The notes below the pieces were generated by a model. It worked only from the letters and a program-made list of their open reading frames with translations, had not been told where the DNA came from and searched no databases. Below are positions 28,605 through 32,000 of a DNA stretch of 32,000 nucleotides, in pieces. Position 1 is the first letter of the stretch, and every line of letters starts with the position of its first letter. The DNA lies in contig JAUIDC010000001.1 in assembly GCA_030429145.1 (NCBI GenBank), positions 1 through 32,000 on the forward strand, given 5' to 3'. The translations under genes and the position numbers were made by a program. Source of the DNA: Candidatus Saccharimonadota bacterium (GTDB lineage Bacteria; Patescibacteriota; Gracilibacteria; Absconditabacterales; Absconditicoccaceae).

Positions 28605-29251
28605 TTATTTCTTCCAGACCCCATAGCAAATAGAAACTCACTTATCTATGGCCATTTTCTCATAGTCGGTCATTATCGAAAAGTGATCGTCGAGCAGTGA
28701 GGAGTTGTGCAGATCTTTTGTGAGAGAAACATTCTCTCGCCCTTCTAGTTTGAACGACTCTACAGAGTAATCAAACAATGCGTGAGCATCAGTCTTCAAT
28801 CTGACTGTACCACCTAGCACCAACAGCTGCTCATACATTTGCAGAAATCTCGGATAGGTCAAGCGACGTCTCTCATCGCTCTGCTTTGGTCTCGGATCTG
28901 GATGTACAATTCGAATTTCATCTATCTCATGGCAAGCAAATCGTTTATCCAGATGCTGGATAATACCACGGATAAATCTCACATTTTGGAGTCACTCCTC
29001 TTTCGCTTTCATTATCCCACGAGAAAATCTATCTCACTTGATATCTATCCCTATAAACAATGTATCTGGGAAGTGCGGAGCCAATCCAACGGTGTACTCC
29101 CCCTTCCCACACGCTAGCTCCAAAACTATTTTTTTATATCCAAAAGTCTCCTTTCGCTTTCATTTATATGCAATAGCAAAATCTTCTGCTGGAGTAATAA
29201 GCAGGTCACTTTCATTTGTTATCTTATAGAAATGTTTTTTTCTTTTGACCA

Positions 29252-29252
<1 letters not shown>
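28605..29252 (-). CDS. trmB: tRNA (guanine-N7)-methyltransferase TrmB (215 aa)
   Basis: [11 protein letters not shown]...[34 protein letters not shown]...[13 protein letters not shown]...[17 protein letters not shown]...GGTVRLKTD. There are four in-frame TGAs. The start ATG overlaps the tgt stop as TAATG at 29250-54. TAA stop at 28605-07. Confidence 0.88.
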
Positions 29253-30397
<1,145 letters not shown>

Positions 30398-30457
30398 ATA
30401 ACAACAATAAAGTAAATCTGTGAACGATTATAGTTTTTTGGCATCTGTTTTCCATAC

Positions 30458-30901
30458 ATGCTTGAACAAATAAAAAAGTCCGTCGTAGCAAGATATAAGC
30501 GAGATGATACAAAAGGTATTTTTTTATCGACTTTTGACAAAAAAGGCGAACTTTTAAACTCTCAAGGTGTGCTACATACCGATAAAAAGCTCGGGGATGT
30601 CATAGAAAAACTCTATAAGTGATTTGCTGAGGATAATCTCAAAAAGATAGGATTGATCACTGTCGATATTGTGACTTCTCTTTTTGAGGAGACAAATATC
30701 AGTAAAATACCATCAACTTCGGTAAAACAATACGGATTTTACGTGATTGATGCGAACAACAAATCCGGCGTGATACTTCCCAATACTAAATGAATCGCTG
30801 ACGCGAAAAACGCACTCTTCGTGCTCAAACAAAAATATGGCATCAGCGGAAAGGTTAAAGTATTTCTTTTTACAACTGATAGAATTATTGTAACAACATA
30901 A
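30458..30901 (+). CDS. Hypothetical protein (147 aa), weakly AMMECR1-like
   Basis: MLEQIKKSVVARYKRDD...KGIFLSTFDKKGELL...ITVDIVTSLFEE...YGFYVIDANNKSGVILPNTK-G-IADAKNAL...KYGISGKVKVFLF. There are two in-frame TGAs. The layout resembles AMMECR1 but the LRGCIG motif is absent. Its TAA stop directly abuts the pilin D ATG. Confidence 0.4.
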
Positions 30902-31489
30902 ATGTATATAGGTAAAACTCTATGGAGGAAGCGCACATTTACACTGATTGAAATGCTTATTGTCATTGTGATAATAGGTGTTTTGGCAGCAGCGCTTGTT
31001 CCAAGGCTGAATTCAGTACAAGGAAGAGCAAGAGATACCAAAAGGAAAGCAGATCTCAGAAATATTGCTAATGGGTTGGAAATCTATCTATTGGACAATG
31101 GTACCTATCCTTCAGCCCAAAACACTCTTTGATCATGCTCCAACCCGCCAAATGGTTCAACATGCTATGTGTATAGCAACAATGCCTCTCTATGGATTTC
31201 TGGATTAAACACTATCCTTACGAGCATGCCTAAAGATCCTATAGAAAATGCTGCACAAAACAGCGTGTGAATATACGGCTCATGACCATGGGTAGACTGA
31301 TACTATATGTATGCGTATGGCAATGTTGCGAGGACAGCCGTGAACGGCAAAAATCATTTTGATCTCTACACACAGCTAGAAAATCGTAAAGACCCAGAGA
31401 GAAATGAACTACAACGTTATACATTTGGCTATACATATAATGCTCTCTATCCGACCTACTCACGACGAATGTATGCTATTAAACCATAA
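30902..31489 (+). CDS. Type IV pilin / GspG-like pseudopilin, paralogue D (195 aa)
   Basis: ...WRKRT-FTLIEMLIVIVIIGVLAAALVPRLNSVQGRARDTKRKADLRNIANGLEIYLLDNGTYP. Four in-frame TGAs (31130, 31268, 31280, 31295). LTSMPKDPIEN and LYTQLENRKDPERNE are present. TAA stop. Confidence 0.88.
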
Positions 31490-31501
31490 TCTATTATAAT
31501 A

Positions 31502-32000
31502 ATGCAAAAAAACATCGGATACAAAAAAACATTTACCCTCATCGAGATGCTCATTGTCATCGTCATTATTGGTATACTTGCAGCAGCACTTGTTCCAAGG
31601 CTAACAGCAGTGCAGGCAAGAGCGAGAGACAGCAAAAGGAAGGTTGATTTTAGAGCTATCTATAGTGCAAATGAGATCTACCTCATCGACAATGGTACCT
31701 ATGCACCAGTCAGTGGCTCATGTGCTATCAACACACTAGTATGATGTGTAGCACTCAGCTACAATAGTGCGCCATGGATCCCGACACTAACTGGATACCT
31801 AAACTCTATCCCTATTGACCCAGTCAATACCAATGGTGCACCTACCATCACAGGCAATTATTCATATATTTACTATAGAGTACTTGATACTCCTATCGAT
31901 ACCTACAGCCTTGTAACACAACTAGAAAATCAAAAAGACAATGACAGATGTGCGATACAGAACTATCAGTATACGGTCAGTTCTTGAGGAAGTACAGCCT
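31502..32000 (+). CDS. Type IV pilin / GspG-like pseudopilin, paralogue E (3' end off the window)
   Basis: MQKNIGYKKT-FTLIEMLIVIVIIGILAAALVPRLTAVQARARDSKRKVDFRAIYSANEIYLIDNGTY. TGA 31742-44 continues ...WIPTLTGYLNSIPIDPVNT...LVTQLENQKDNDRC..., still open at 32000. Confidence 0.85.

Overview
This is a low-GC bacterial chromosome segment that only reads coherently if UGA encodes glycine (NCBI translation table 25: Gracilibacteria / SR1-Absconditabacteria, Patescibacteria/CPR). About 20 conserved genes (dnaG, miaB, an M16 peptidase, a Na/Pi transporter, queA, ftsE, trmB, tgt, ftsX and others) are split in the standard-code ORF track only at TGA. They rejoin in frame, and the TGA often sits on an invariant Gly, for example the first Gly of the FtsE Walker A motif. 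Every true gene end I checked is TAA or TAG. After re-annotation the window holds about 37 CDS. They include secE-nusG-[inserted hypothetical gene]-rplK-rplA, folA with a HAD deoxynucleotidase, four tRNA-modification genes and a RelE/Phd toxin-antitoxin pair. They also include surface proteins (an 809-aa PKD protein, an SLH protein, a cytochrome-b5-domain lipoprotein) and five GspG/ComGC-like pilin paralogues at three loci. The most interesting locus is 18261-22876 on the minus strand. It encodes a 946-aa FtsK/HerA/VirD4-like ATPase whose C-terminal S1/OB domain is joined only by UGA decoding, a small membrane protein, and a 445-aa ParB-nuclease-like protein. This cluster is bracketed by inverted pilin genes. 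It has no recognisable integrase, relaxase or pilus motor nearby, so I flag it as a candidate uncharacterised DNA-handling or defence module. I found no rRNA, tRNA, CRISPR array or transposase. All family calls rest on motif recognition by eye, not on database searches.
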